Under the pieces are notes generated by a model. It made no database searches and was not told the origin of the DNA. It worked only from the letters and a program-made list of their open reading frames with translations. A DNA stretch of 64,000 bases from Camelus dromedarius (lineage: Eukaryota), in NCBI RefSeq assembly GCF_036321535.1, contig NC_087436.1:17794001-17858000 (forward strand). The letters run 5' to 3'. Of this stretch, positions 39,411 through 53,335 are shown one piece after another. A program made the position numbers and the translations under genes. Every line of letters starts with the position of its first letter. Positions within the stretch are counted from its first letter, which is position 1.

Positions 39411-40538
39411 AGAAATAGTATTGTTGAACCAACATTTTGAAGTAGAATGGAATGGATCAAATGAAGACCTGAAATTATGGCAATGAAAGGCTTTCTATAG
39501 GGAGAAGCAACTTGGGACTCAGTAACAGAGAAGGAATAAAAAGCAGAATATGTAGAGGGGCCCAGTTTAAATCAGATAGGATGGACCTGACCCTAAAAGG
39601 GAAGTGGACCAAGAGAAGGGGAACCCTTCCAAATCTGTACCCAAGCAGTCAGGGAGCCTCAGGTAGGTGACAAAGAGCTGCATCTCAAATTGTTTATAGA
39701 AAAAATGTCTGGGACATCGTGACAGGGTAAGAGGGCTAAGTAAGATGAAGAAGCAGAAACAGACGGTGAGATTTTGAGGATGGGGGAGAAGCAGAATTGG
39801 CAGTGTCCTGGGGCAGATTTCCATGACAGAGTAAAGACCATCCTCTCAACAAGGAGTGATCACCTCCCATTTCTGGAGGCCCCGGATCCTAATCCTAACC
39901 CCCTAAGAGATGTGGGAGGGAAGAAGAGTACCTTTACCTCCCACACCCACCCTTACCAGAGCTGGTGGTGCCTCTGTGTGGCCTACGGAACCTACGGGTC
40001 AAAAAACCTCAGAGGATGACGGATAGCACCACAGAGAGGCCCTAGCCACTCAAGATCCAGAAGAGAGTTGTTCAAACCTACCACCCACCCTTGGTGGAAA
40101 TCCAAAGATTTTCACAGAATCCACGTTGAAAATGCTTACCTTGGTTCTAAGGCACCTTTTGCTCTGAATTCAGTAACCTCCCCACATGGGCTGTCCCTGT
40201 TCCACACTGTGTCCGCCCAGCTGGGGACCTCATCCCCTTCCTTGAGGACTACAGCCTAACCACTCTCACAGTAGACATCACTGAAGGTTTGGGGAAATGG
40301 GATGGTGTTCGTATAACAGGAGACAGCTCTAAGTGGGGTTTTAGACATATCTGTTTTCTTAAAGCCTTCAAACGTCCCAGGACTAAATTTTTCAGAGGCC
40401 GTTTCACATCATCTAGTGCCCAGCCTTGCGCTATCTAGAAAGCTGCTCCCACCCCCAACGCATGTTTCCTTTCCACTTCTTCCATTCAGAATTCCGCCCC
40501 CCCAGGGTTTCAAACCCTTTCCACTCTCTTGTATAGAG

Positions 40539-40744
40539 CAGAGTTTCTCAGTCAAGGGTGATTGTGCTCCCCAGGGACGATTTGGCAATGTCTGGAGACA
40601 TTTTTGGTTTCTACAACGGGGGGTGGCACCTGGTGAGTTGAGGCTGGCGATGCTTCTAAACACCCCACATTGCCTAGGGAAGCCCCCCACAGCAAAGAAC
40701 TATCCAACCCAAAATGTCAACAGTGCCAAGGTTGAGAAGCCATG
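40539..40744. mobile_element. MER20 (hAT-Charlie MITE), near full length
   Basis: cagagtttctca...tttggcaatgtctggagacatttttgg...caaaatgtcaacagtgccaaggttgagaagccatg; 8-bp TSD gtatagag/atacagag. Confidence 0.9.
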
Positions 40745-42899
40745 ATACAGAGCAAGTCGGCTCTCTCCAGCCTCCATATCCCAGACACCGTGTCTCCCGC
40801 ATCTTTGTATGTCCACAGCTATGAGACAGTTCTCGCTGTTAAACTGAAGGGGGCGCCCATTCATGTCATGGCACTCAAAAGCCACAGAGACCCCGAAATC
40901 TCCTTTCACACGAGCTGCCCTTTTCAGAAAAACTTGTGCTTTTGAATAGAATTTTTTCCTAATACATATATAAAAGAAATTTCTCATCCATACTCAACTC
41001 CACTTACCCTGCCAGAAAGAGAAAGAGAGAAAGAGAAGAATGTAAATAGTGTGGGTGATTCTGTCCCACGTTCCACTAGAGCATATGCCCCAGAGGAACG
41101 CAGGAGGGGAGATGTGAATCCGATGTTCCTTCGGTTGGTCTCAGTTGCTGAATCGCTCTCATAGTATGAGCATCTCACCATACTGAGTGTGATTCAAGTG
41201 TTTAAAGATACAGGGTTTTTTTTTTTTTTTTTTTTTGTACAACATGGCCCCTATAAATGCAAGCCAACTACTTCATCAGGTGTTTAGCTGAGAAAACAGC
41301 AATCTGTTCCAAGGCTGGAGGAAAAAGTGGCTGAGTTGGATGCGATACCAGCCTCAAGTGTGCATAAAAAGGGCCACGTATATTGTACTTTCAGGGTGAA
41401 TTAAGAGATTTTTCTTTCTCTAGGGTATTTCTGAGTTGGTATGGTTTTTCATCTTGCTCGCAGACTTTAGAACCAAACTATGTAAAATGCAACTCCACAT
41501 TAGGGCAGAGGCGGGGAGGGAGAAGAGGTCTTGGGATAGAGCTGTAAGGGAAATTAGAGGTTTGGATGGTGAGAAGAGGAAAGAAAAGAAATGGTGAGCT
41601 TAGATCAGAAAGGCAAGACCGAGAGAGCACCTGGTTACTCTCATCAATTTCAGGGACACCTATTTGATCACTGAGAGGAAAAGCTTACTCATTTTATAAA
41701 AGGGAAACTGCGCCACAGAGGGCTTAGTTTGTTGCAGTATTGATCTTTTAAAGACATTACTGCAAAATGTAGGATCAAATTCTGGAAACTTATGATGTCA
41801 TGTCTATTGAATTGTTAACTCTCTTTTCTGGGGTACTTAATGTAAAATTTTGCCACACTGCTTTTAACTTCATAAGTTATGTGTTAGCTTGTTTTTTTTT
41901 TTTTTTAATTTAAGAAGCCACCAAGAATATCCCATAAATTCTAAACAATTTGTTTAAATATTAAACAGCAAGTAACAATGGCAGCTCTTGCCAGGGTACC
42001 TTTGAAGTCTGTGTTTATATTGCGGGTGCAAGTAGCTTTGTGTGTGTGTAAACAAGCTGGAAAATAGGTGGTGACTAGTTACCTCTGTCTGCACTGATGC
42101 ACATTCTGCCAGTGGTCCACCCTCAGTAATTAGAAATGGAGACTATTCTCCCGATTGTTAAGATGAGATGGGGAAAAAGAAAATTAACTCATTCATATTG
42201 CATGGGTCAAAAATTTTATTTGAGGTTTGGAAAGATAAATTCTATGGTAGTCACTTCAGAAATTCCCATTTTAATTAAACACAGTATTTTCTAAATTGTG
42301 CTGTGGTGCACAGCATAGACTTTCTAACTTGGGAACTTCCTGAATAATGCACTAAATAAAGGGAAATTTGTTCTCTACTAAGTACCATCTTCAATACAGA
42401 AAATTTTGTGGGGTTTTTTTTTCCATTTGGGCACAAATTAAGGATATGGACGCTTTCTCCAGACCCAAATATTACCTTTATGTTGTTAAGACTTTAGTCT
42501 AGTGCTCTTATAAAGTCACATTTATGAAAATCAGTTTAGAATGGAGAATTACAGAAATTAAACACCAGATTGAAAATATTAGAGTATGGAAAAGGGTACA
42601 GGGATAGAAGAAAGTTACCTAATAAGTTTTAGTTGACTTACCCAATAGTGCTACCAAAAAGAAACTATTATTTAGATTTCAGAGAAAGAGTATATTAAAG
42701 TCATATTAATATGTATTTGAGACAATTTGAATCTGGTTCAGTGGGATTCTACAATCCATATTCTTTTCTCTACAACATTCTGCTCAGCTAGCTAAACTCC
42801 ATAATGAATTTGGTAATCCTGAATATAGGAAACATTCTAGTACAAATACATGCACACTTTACTATAATACTATTCACTATAGGCTTATATTCTGTACAA

Positions 42900-43310
42900 A
42901 TATTCCTATTCTTTATCACCTGAATTAATCATGGCAAAGTACCCAAATCTCATGGAGTGCACACAAAAAAGATTTATTTATCACTTACATCATAGTCCAG
43001 TGCCATTTAGGCAACTCTCCTTGGTAGCTTTGCTCCACAAGGTGACTCAGGGATCCAGTCTCCTTTCATTGTATGATGCTAATATCCCAAACCTGAGGCC
43101 TCCCAGGCATTCATGGTCGGGAAAGTGAGCACTTGCACAATCATTCAAGGGATTTTACGACCAGTGGAGCACATCACATCCACGAAGACACCAGGATGCA
43201 GACTCAGTCATACAGACCCAATCTCAGTGCCAGGCAGGCTGAGATATGTAGCCTTTCTGTCCACTCACAAAGAGACAAATGAAATTAAATTTGGCAAACC
43301 CATTGTCTCT
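42900..43310 (-). mobile_element. Old MaLR LTR (MLT1J/K-like)
   Basis: cccaaatctcatggagtgcacacaaaaaagatttattt...ctccacaaggtgactcagggatccag...ggctgagatatgtagcct. Confidence 0.6.
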
Positions 43311-43679
43311 CCCACACCATTTAAGGGAATTTATTTCTTCAAGTAGCAAAAAGACCCCATGAATCTTATGTACAGCTCAAAGTCAGGTTTATGACATGGA
43401 ACACGAGGTTACAACAGGAGGAATGGAATTGTGCCACAAGAGGAGCATGTTTTGCGATGGGAGGCTAGAAAATCAGAAGAAATTGTTCCTGAATGTTAGT
43501 GGCAGGAAGTCGGGCAGATAGTTCTGAATAGCAAATAGCCCAGGAAGGAAAAATACCAAAAAGGAAGTGATCCAATAAGGTCAGAAGCCAAGCATGGAGA
43601 CCAGGAAAGAATATGGACAGAAGAATGAGTAGGAGTAAATGGTTTAGGACTAAGGGCATGAAAAAATATCATAATATTC

Positions 43680-43900
43680 ATTGTTTACTATACACCAGTC
43701 ATTGTACAGGTTATTAATTTCTGCAACAACCATATGGGATCAATTGTATTTTCTCATTTCATAGGTGATGAAACTGAGGCTGAGAGTTTACGTAATTTAC
43801 CCATAGTCCCATGGCTACTGTGAGGCAGTGCTGGGATCCAAACCCAGGCTGAGTCTGGCTCCAGAGTCTACGCTTTTAACCTTTATACTTTATTACCACT
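43680..43900 (-). mobile_element. MIR SINE
   Basis: ctcatttcataggtgatgaaactgaggctgagag...ctgggatccaaacccaggc...ctggctccagagtctacgcttttaacc. Confidence 0.8.
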
Positions 43901-44766
43901 CTGAAAGACAAACACTGCTGGGTTTCCTCTTTTATGTGATACCTGGTTTATGACTTAGAGGCAACTTTTCAAAAGAAAATGTAAAAGGCTGGATGTCAAA
44001 GTTCCAGTGTACTTTATCACCCACTGATTCATCAGGCTAGATTGGACTTTCTTCCTGATCTCATTTCCTCTTTGCAAAGTAATTATTTGAAAGGCTACAC
44101 AAACCGATGGATACCTTACTCCATCACCCAGCTTATGGGAGCCCCACCTTTGCCATTCCAGATCAGAGGAAATCCTACTTTTAAATCCCTCCAGAGTAGG
44201 AAGTTCACAATGTCCTTTGTAATCTGTCTCAACATTCCGTAATCTGTAAATAGAGGAGATATATGGCAGCTGGAATGTATGGGAAATCTGAAATTCTTCA
44301 TCAAAATTCCAGGCAGGCCAGTAAATTCTGAACAGTATATGAATCAAAATGGCAAAATGTATGCTCTCTGCAGACCACCCCCACACTTAAAGAGAAGTTT
44401 ACACATCAGTCTGGGTGCTGTCTTTTTCTTTCTGCATTTTATCTATTCCATAGGCAGAGATGTTGTAGACTGGAGAGAAGAAACTAATACTTTTTTCTCC
44501 CGAATCCTTCTTCCTTGACCCTTTGTGGTCTGAACATCTCTCAAGGGAATTTTGAAAAGCCCCTGAAAACAGGGACAACGTTGATCATGTTTGCTGACCA
44601 GTTGGGCCTGGGTATCAGTCAATCAGAAGGAGGTAGGGCTGAAAGCCGAATCCAGCTGTCCTGGTGCTGACCGACTGAACATCAGTCCTGCCCATAATGC
44701 TAAAGGAGACCAAGATCTCCCACACGCCCCCCTGTGCTAATGTACACACTGAAGACCACGTACTAG

Positions 44767-44802
44767 CTCTCTCTCTCTCGCTCTGTCTCTCGCTCTCTCT
44801 CT
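44767..44802 (+). repeat. Interrupted (CT)n microsatellite
   Basis: ctctctctctctcgctctgtctctcgctctctctct. Confidence 0.85.
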
Positions 44803-45289
44803 GTGTCGGGCACAGGTTAAACTCTGAGCATTTTTGACTTTTCGTGGAATAGTATTACTTGCATTTCAAACTCCACTGATATATCTCAGATACCTGAAAT
44901 TCTTGTTAAATTTCAATGATTTTGGGGAAGGAGATTGGCTTGTATTGGATATGTTTCTTTCCACTTTAAAAATCATTAATTGAATCTAGCTTGTTCTGCA
45001 AACTTACCATGTGGCTCAGTGAAAGATTAGCCCATCTTTACTAGAATTTTCAGTTACCCAATTCTACTATCTTGATTGATTGCAAACATGGTCCTCTTGT
45101 TTTTGAGAGTGTAGAAGCTCATCCCAGCATCTACATCCCAGCCCCTGACCACACTCATCATTTCTCACACCCCTCCTCAGCCATAACCTTAGATCTTTGT
45201 GCCACTATTTTACCTTCATTTTCTATTCTGTTCAGTGGAGCTGGTCATCTCTGAGGAAGGAAGGAGGGGCAAATAAACACAGGGGACAG

Positions 45290-45690
45290 TTAACAGTCTT
45301 TGCCCCTCCTTCCTTGTAGTAGCAGAAATCCAGGGCACATGGCCAGTCAACCTTTCTTGAAAATTGCTCTGGCTAATGAGACACAAACAAAAGTGATATG
45401 TGCAAATTTTCTGTCAAAGTTTTTTGCTTTTGAATAGAAAACCATGGATGTGCTACTGGTGACGCAGCCTCCACCTTACAGATGAGGACAGCACTCTGTA
45501 GAATTGGGAGCAACGAGGGTCATGGGTTCCTGAAGGGCTCACACAGCAGAACCACGTCTCTACCCTGGATTACACTCATTTTTTCTAGATTTCATGTGAA
45601 ATTGAATTAAACTCCTTTCTTATTTGAGCCACTGTATTTTGGGAGTGTCTTTGTAGAGGAGCTTCCTCTGTACCTGACTAATACATCAGA
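45290..45690 (+). mobile_element. Old MaLR LTR (MLT1J-like)
   Basis: ctctggctaatgagacacaaacaaaagtg...gcagcctccacctt...tgagccactgtattttgggagtgtctttgt...ctgactaataca. Confidence 0.6.
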
Positions 45691-45787
45691 GTATATGAAA
45701 TACCTGAAGATTATTTCTAGGTTAAAGGTCAATGTATCACCAAAGAAACTGAACCAAATAGTGGTTAAACGCTGAATTCCTAAGCCC

Positions 45788-46139
45788 TGCGCCATAGTCT
45801 GAATGTTTCTTTCCCCCTAAATTCATATGTTGAAGCTCCCACCCCAAGGTGATGGCATTAGGAAGGGGGCCTTTGGAAGATGATTAAGTCATGAGGGCAG
45901 AGTCCTCACGAATGGATTAATACCCTTATAAAAAAAAATGTCTCCACAGAGCTCCCGGGCCCTTTCCACCATGTGAGGATGCAATGAGAAGTCTGGCCTG
46001 GAAGAGAGTCCTCAGTCAACCATACTGGCACCCTGACCTTGGCCATCCAGTTTCTAGAACTCTGAGACAGAAATTTCTGCTGTTTATAAACTACCCAGCC
46101 TGTGGCATTTTGTTATAGGAGTCCCAATAGACAAGGACA
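45788..46139 (+). mobile_element. MaLR solo LTR (MLT1A-like)
   Basis: ctgaatgtttct...aaattcatatgttgaag...gtcatgagggcagagtcctcacgaatgg...aaatttctgctgtttataa...ttttgttatag. Confidence 0.88.
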
Positions 46140-47299
46140 CCTGTTCAAATTGGACTGAACACTTTTCTCTAGGATTAGAGTCAAAATACTTAGCCATTCA
46201 AACATGGGCCGACCAATCAGAATAGTTTTGGTAATGATTGAAGATCAGCATGTGATGATATATATCATCCCTGAATTTCATTGAGTAAAAGGCTATTAGA
46301 ATTGATTGGGCTAGGAAGAAAGACGATTGAAAAGTGACCCAAAATGCAGTACTGTTGAAATGAACTGAATGTGAATTGTTCCTTTCCAAGGATCTGTAGT
46401 CTCCTAGGTGAGCGGTTCTCATCTTCATTCTTGAGGTTCTCAGAGAGAACAGTTTGACTTTTAAATCCCTGCCTTCAACTGAAACCGAGAGCTGGGATTA
46501 TCCACCAGTCCCTCTTTGAGTGTTGTTTGGATATGTTAAGAACTAATTCCCTCCTCCTAAAACCTGGGGCAGAGAATACAATACTCAGGGCTTATAACAA
46601 TGGAAGTGAAGGCCCCAGGTGATGAACGATTACCTCCTATACTTTTTGTCTCCCTCCCTCTCCAACAGTAACCCCTACGAAGAAATAGGAACACATTACT
46701 CCCATGCACGTTTTTATATTTCCGCAGCAAATATGACAAAATGTTCCCACCTCATAATATGAGGGTGATGACTATACTGAAGACTGAGATTATTTTTTGG
46801 TATGCTTGAAATATTTAATGAAACATTTATAAACTTAGAAAATATATTATGCCTTATAATATGATAATTAAATATTAATGTAACTATATTAAAAAAAAAA
46901 GTAGTCAAAACCTCTAAGTGATTTTCACACTAGCAAAAAATAAAATGAACTCAATGGGCTACCTGACTTTTTATGATTAATTTTGTATGATGTCACTGTT
47001 TACCAGGTTAAGAAAATCTACTTACTTTGGTTTTTTCCTGTGTCTCCTACTTTCAAAAATTGTTAATGATGTTTGTCTTTCCTTCTGAACTGTTCCCATG
47101 ACCTGTGGAAGACAAAATGCTCCAATCAGGGTCTACTGCCAAGTGTAACACCAAGTTTCCTCCAAGTAGGATATTCTTTCCCCTTTCTAATCTCACTCCA
47201 GGTCAAGGTTATGTAACACTAGAAATGCAGCTTTATGTTATTTCTGTCAGCTTTCCTTGATTATTCTCCAGGTCCATCTCTCTAAATACAGAGATTTCA

Positions 47300-47650
47300 T
47301 CCATCTTGGTTGAATTTCTTCCTTCTTAAGGAAGTAAAATCTTACAATGTCAATATAATTTCTTAATGAAGGGGTGAAACTGTTATGGAAGTAAATAGGC
47401 CTGGATTTCTGACAAAAGTATTGGAGATATCCTCACAAGATAATTGGTTAAGAACTAGGAATGACCACTATGGCTTTGTCAGAGGCTCATCATGTCCAAT
47501 TGATCTAATATTCCCTTCTAATTAGATAAAACCTGGGGGGGGGAATGCATCGATTAAAACCTAACTTGAGACTAATGGGGTCATCTTCATGACACACTCA
47601 GGACAGAGGGAGAAAAGTGCTCTGGACTTGACCACAGTGAAACTACATGC
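47300..47650 (+). mobile_element. Possible CR1/L3 fragment
   Basis: ctatggctttgtcagaggctcatcatgtccaattgatctaatattccctt resembles the HGFxxxxSCxTNLI region of CR1 RT. Confidence 0.4.
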
Positions 47651-48082
47651 AAAGGTAACTGAAGGAATGTGGTTTTCCAATTCTCAGTCTTCCCCCTCCC
47701 CCAAATAAACCAAAGTTAGTGCCTTAAGATAATACGATAGCAAACAAATAGGAGCCTGAACATGGTAAAGTACTTTCCAAATACTGATTCAGGGGAAGAA
47801 TCAAGAGGTCATGAAAAATCAACATATAGTCCGAGGGCTGTGCAGTGAAAAAGAGAGTCCTCACTCCACAGCGGCTAGCTAGACTCATTATTCCAACGAC
47901 TATGCGATTGTGAAGGCCCACCTCCCTTCGGGTCACTACCTGACACTTCCTTTCTTCAGTCTCCTACTTTGTGCTTCTCATCCCTTCCTCCCGCCTACCC
48001 TCATCAGCAGCTGTCAGCAATAACTTAAACCTTGCAGAGTGAGCAGCCTGCGGGCAATTGCTTCTTGTACTAGACTCCAGGG

Positions 48083-48261
48083 CAGTTGTTCTCAAAGAGT
48101 GGTCCCCAGAGCACCAGTATCAGCATCCACCTGGGAGCTTGTTAGAAATGCAGATTCCTAGGCCCCACCCCCTACCTACTGAATGGGAAACTCTAAGAGT
48201 GGGGCTAGTAATTGTTTAACAGGCTCTCCAGGTGATGCAGGGTAAAATCTGAGAATCACTG
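48083..48261. mobile_element. MER5A hAT-Charlie MITE
   Basis: cagttgttctcaaagagtggtcccc...cttgttagaaatgcagattcctaggccccacc...tgagaatcactg; 8-bp TSD ctccaggg/ttctaggg. Confidence 0.9.
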
Positions 48262-48434
48262 TTCTAGGGAAGAGAATTCTTAGTAGTCTGAAGTGCTTGA
48301 AGACCTCTAGTGAGGCTCTGTTTGTGGACAGATTTCAAAAACCCTTTGAGTTGGAGGCAAGGTCTTGAAACCTCAAATGAATCAATCCTGATTTTCTATG
48401 ACAAGTCTCTGGAGGTAGATATATAACATTTTTG

Positions 48435-48612
48435 GAGAGCACTTAACTAGAGCCTGGTACTGTGCTAAGTACCTATCCTGTTGTGCTATCAATTGTCTCA
48501 TTTTACAAATGTCAAGGCCTAAATTTAGAAAGATTAAGTAATTTGCCCTGGGTCATATGGTTAGTAGGTGATGGAGTCAGGGTTCAAAGCCATGCAAGCT
48601 AATTCTACTGTA
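48435..48612 (-). mobile_element. MIR SINE
   Basis: ctggtactgtgctaagt...ctcattttacaaatg...attaagtaatttgccctgggtcatatggttagtagg. Confidence 0.7.
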
Positions 48613-51600
48613 CTGTTTGATTTGGTTTTATGAAAAGGAGTAGTGAGATACAGCTATAGGCTGAAAGTTACTGCTCAGACTTTTCATTCAAGGAGATTGA
48701 GACTTGGGGCTCCTTTAACCTTGGGCTTTATGAATTATCTGTAGAAGTTAGTGTTTGCTTGAATTTCTCAGTGACTGTATTTGCTGTGATTAATAATCTT
48801 GATTTAGCTATTGGATCCATAGCTTGCTTATTAACATACTAGTAGTTGTGGTCTAGTATTATAACCATTTGGTGCCATGGAAGTAACACAGACTGGATAA
48901 AAAGATAGGTGTATATGATGTTGCATTTTGTTCTTTGGCAGTTTTTTTGAATTATAACAATAATAACTATAAACAATATAACAATTGTAACAGTAAGAAA
49001 ATGCATTTACAAATAAAGGTAATTTAAAAAATATATTTTCAAACAAAACTGCAATTCATGTGGTATTCAAATTGGAAATAAATGCAACGTAATTTATAAA
49101 TGAATGGGGTAATAGTATATATTGAGTTGATGTAGTTACAAAAATAATTTTCCTGGAAATTTTTTCTCTTGAGATATATAATTATTGTGAAAATAGGTGC
49201 TTTTGTATTAAATCAAAACAACAAAGCAAAAGTTACACTTATAAATGCATTAGAAGAATCCAAAGACATGACCTAGGTGCTTATTTGGTCCTTTATACAA
49301 GCAAGCCACCTGTACTGTCATACAGTGGCATTGTTAAGTCTACCCAGCTTCTACTTAGAGCATGCGGTTCCAGTACATTCATGGTGAAAGTCATTAAAAT
49401 GCTTTTTTTTTTTTTAAACAATGAACTAGTTTAAATGTCTACTTGTTTTGATAAAATATTAAAATCTAACTATAATTAGCACTAAGACTTTAAAATAGAT
49501 TGTGGCTTAAATATTAATAATTGATGTGGCATATACCTTCCATATAGAAGGTGTTTACATGTTTCATTTTTACACAGAGATATTTAATGCCCAAAATTTC
49601 TGCACTAAGAAAACCATGTAATGCCCTGTGAAAAACTATCAACTCCAAAAGATTTGCATCTGGCAGGGGTTTGTGCTGGAAAAGAAGAAAGGATATCTCC
49701 CTCAGTTTTTACAAAACTTGCACGTGTCTGTTGAAGAAAGTCATACCAAGCAACAAAAAATGCTTCATATTGAAAGAGCTAATAAATCAGTGCCTCCAAA
49801 AGGATTAGAAAAAAATAATAAATGCAGTGTAATAAAAATATCATTTGATAAAAAGAATGCATTAATTCCCCCACTGTGCCAGCTAGATGAGGTGGGAAAT
49901 ACTCAGCTGCCTTAGCTGGGACAAACTCAAAACTTGGATTAGGTCCTCGAAATGAGCTGATGACCTCTGAATAGGATGACTCAGTAGGCTGCTTTAATAA
50001 TACACCATTACCTCCCTTAGAACAAAAATCACTCAACTGGGGGAGACTGCAGGTGAAAGGGAAATATGACACCTGCAGAGATTAGTTTTAGTTTGCTTTG
50101 TAATGCCTTAACCCACAGCAAATTTACCTCTATCTTTAGGAATAAAGATGACATCTGTCATGAAGCTTCTTACATTTTTTTCTGTCTGCTATTTCCAGTG
50201 TCGTATATCTGACATGTGATAACCTCCCTTTATAAAAGCTGGTGTTAGGGAAAAGATTTTCTTCATTTTGGTGCCAACATGGCTATTCTTGACCTACTTG
50301 CAAATATATGACAAGATACACTGAGCATTCTCTTATTCTGACGTGTCTGTTTCTGACACCGAACACATCTTTTAAGAATAAAATCATTTTTATTACGTGT
50401 ACTTAGGCATCAGAAAATTCAAACTTAAAAGTTCATTTGGCCTCAGTTTATGCGGATACCTTTTCACCCACCCTTGATGCATTCTTAACATTCTATGTCC
50501 ACAAGAAAGTATCTTTTTTTTTGTTTTTGTTTTCAGAGCTAAACATTTAAACCCTCAAGCATTTTGTTTCTTTGCAGTCATCTTTGTTAGAATAAAAAAA
50601 AAAACAGTGTTGATCAAAATGTTGTCTTAGTTGTTACTGACAGCTGTTAAAATGCTGCTAAAAATATAGCGCCAACTACTGAAAAGCTAACTGCTCCTGT
50701 GAAGTCCTAATGAGAAATTCTAAATGAGTTTTTCATCAAGTTCAACACAGACTCATTTCCCACACCTGACCCACTGGATTGTTTCACTTTTCTGCGGTTG
50801 TTATTGCACATAATATCAGAGAAACAGCCTAGATGCATAATTCTAATGAGCACGCAAACCATGCAGTTATTTATGTAAGGTTAGAACAGTTATTTAGAGG
50901 TGATGGATTTCCTGCACTAAACCAAGAAAAAGAGGAGAGAAGAGAAGAAATTGCAAATATCTTTATTTTTTATTAAAATATCCTGCTCTAAGTTCCTCCC
51001 CCTCCCCTTTTCAACGACTGTACATTATTTCTAAATTTAGAACATCAGTGTAGGCACAGTGAAATCTGATTTGCTTCTAATAATATGGCATACTAATTGT
51101 GATGCATGTGCTGTTTGGTGCTCTGTCATCTCAAAATCTGGTCATAGAACTGTATTAGGTTGGTGTGTTTTCTATTTAAAATGACTACAAATGAAATTAA
51201 GGTAGACAGATGAATAAATAGTTAGGTAAACAAACATGGAAATTAATGAATAACCAAAGCTAATGAAAATATGCCAAGTAGTCCAGAAAATTGAATTTGG
51301 TCTATTTGGGATATAAACGAAAACTCTGATACATTTTGTATTTCTCTTCTGGTCCACAATTTCTTATTTGCTTGCAATGTTTATAAACTGTAACATGTGT
51401 GTTTTGCAATAAACAAAGAAGTTCTATCTTCTATTTTTCTCCTATTCATCTTCTCTCTCTAACAACCCCCTCCTTTCTCTCTCTGATTCTCTCTTGTCTT
51501 TCTCAACTCTTTCCAACAGCTGGTAAGAGACAGGGGAAAAAAAAAAAAAAAAAAAGCCCAGCTTTTTAGAAAGAAAAAAAAAAAGTGCCAGCATGGCTAG

Positions 51601-53104
51601 GCTTATTAATGAAGTTAACTATGACCAAATGCTTAGCCTTTAACTTTTTAAAATGATTGAATACAATTAAATTATTTGATACCTAATGGGCTTTACTTTG
51701 CGGTCAGTAATTAAAGATATAAAGGAGAGGTATGTAATACATTTCAAAATATATTCAATTGGTGGGGAGGAGTTGCTTATAATTTCATGGTTTAAATAAC
51801 TCCATGTTTTTTTTTCTCTCCCTCAGTGTCAGCTGTTTGAAGAACTGGGATTAGGATCAGAGAACTAAGGGGTAGCCCTGCTAAAACTGAAATAAAGAGC
51901 AAGGGAGGATTTTTTCCAACACAAACTTAGATGGTATTAGGCTTTGTATCTGAAGTTATATAATAGAGGATGTGATGTCACACATGTAAATTGCAAACGC
52001 TGAGTCGTGCACTTTACAGTAGCAAACCTCAGGGAGTTTGACACTAATAGGATGAGGGGAGGAGGTGTCCTGAGGTACAGCGACTGTGGAAGGAGGGTGA
52101 ACAATTGTCAAAAGGGAGGTATCGGATGCGGCTACAAGGTTTAAGACTATTTGGCAGCTGTAAATAGTCTCCAACTATTTGGAGATGAAGTTGAGGTCCC
52201 ATTCTGTACTTTGCCTTTCTTAATTTTTGTTTTTCTTAAAAATACATTTCCATCCTTTTGCAAAGAAAAAAAATATCCAAAAGGATGAAAAGAACAAAGT
52301 TTGTTAAGAGACAGCTTAAAAAGTAAGCAAGTAACGACATTTAGAGGCATACATTTTTAAGGTTGATAGAGCTCTTTATTAATGGGCATTGGAACGAAGA
52401 GTATTCTGAACAACCAGAAAAACCTGCATCTCCATCTTTGATGGAGTCTTTCAGAGACATCACTTGTGGGGTGATTCCCAGCAAAATCAGTGCCACTTTC
52501 TCTTCGGATAAGGGAATCATAGATCTTATCCTGGAGCTGTTTTCCTTCTAGGGTGGCACAAGACCACCTCTTACAGCCAGCAAAAGAAAATAAAGAGAAG
52601 AGGGAAACTTAATTGTTCAAACGTTTGGGCAAATACCCAAATACACAGATATCCAAAAATAAAGGTTTGCCTATTAGTAACGGCAAGATCTCAAACATTT
52701 CTGTCGAAGGATGAGAGGAAGCTGATATATACAGGCATGTGGACCTCCCCCCTCAAGCTATTTTGGTGTGGAAAACTGTCAAAAGAGTATCTATAAATGC
52801 TTAAAACTCAATCTTAGTTTTATAATACCAAACTCTTTTAAAGCATGGAAAATTAAAATTTGAGATTGGACAAGAGAAGACACAGGAAGGAATCTAGATG
52901 TCTAAAATATTGCAGTTATAATAACCCCACTTGTCTGATTCCTGACAAGTTGTCTGTAATGGAAATTACTGATTAGTGGTAAAGTATCTGGGTAAAGACT
53001 GGGTAAAGAAAATTGTTTTGTAAAGGGGAAAGGAATAATCAATGCCTAATTTATCAATTTTGTAAACTGAATTTACATTATATGTTACATTAAATGAGAA
53101 CACT

Positions 53105-53335
53105 TTTTCTCTAACATAACGAAAAATGTGAAACATACAAAATAGTTTAATTTTACAGTGAACACCTGTACACCCACCACCTAGATTCTACCACTAATAT
53201 TGTACCACTTACATTGCTTTAATCACATAACTGTCCATCCTTTTGTCCATTTTATCAACTCATTAATAAATGTCAATCCATCCCATTTTTGATGCATTTC
53301 GAAATTCAGTTTTTGCAGTCAGCACACTTCTAAAT
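53105..53335 (-). mobile_element. Old L1M 3' end fragment
   Basis: aaacatacaaaatag...tacagtgaacacctgtacacccaccacctagattctacc...tttttgatgcatttc. Confidence 0.6.

Noticed and set aside
40023..40042. Second RE1-like string atagcaccacagagaggccc
   Set aside because: Mismatches in both half-sites
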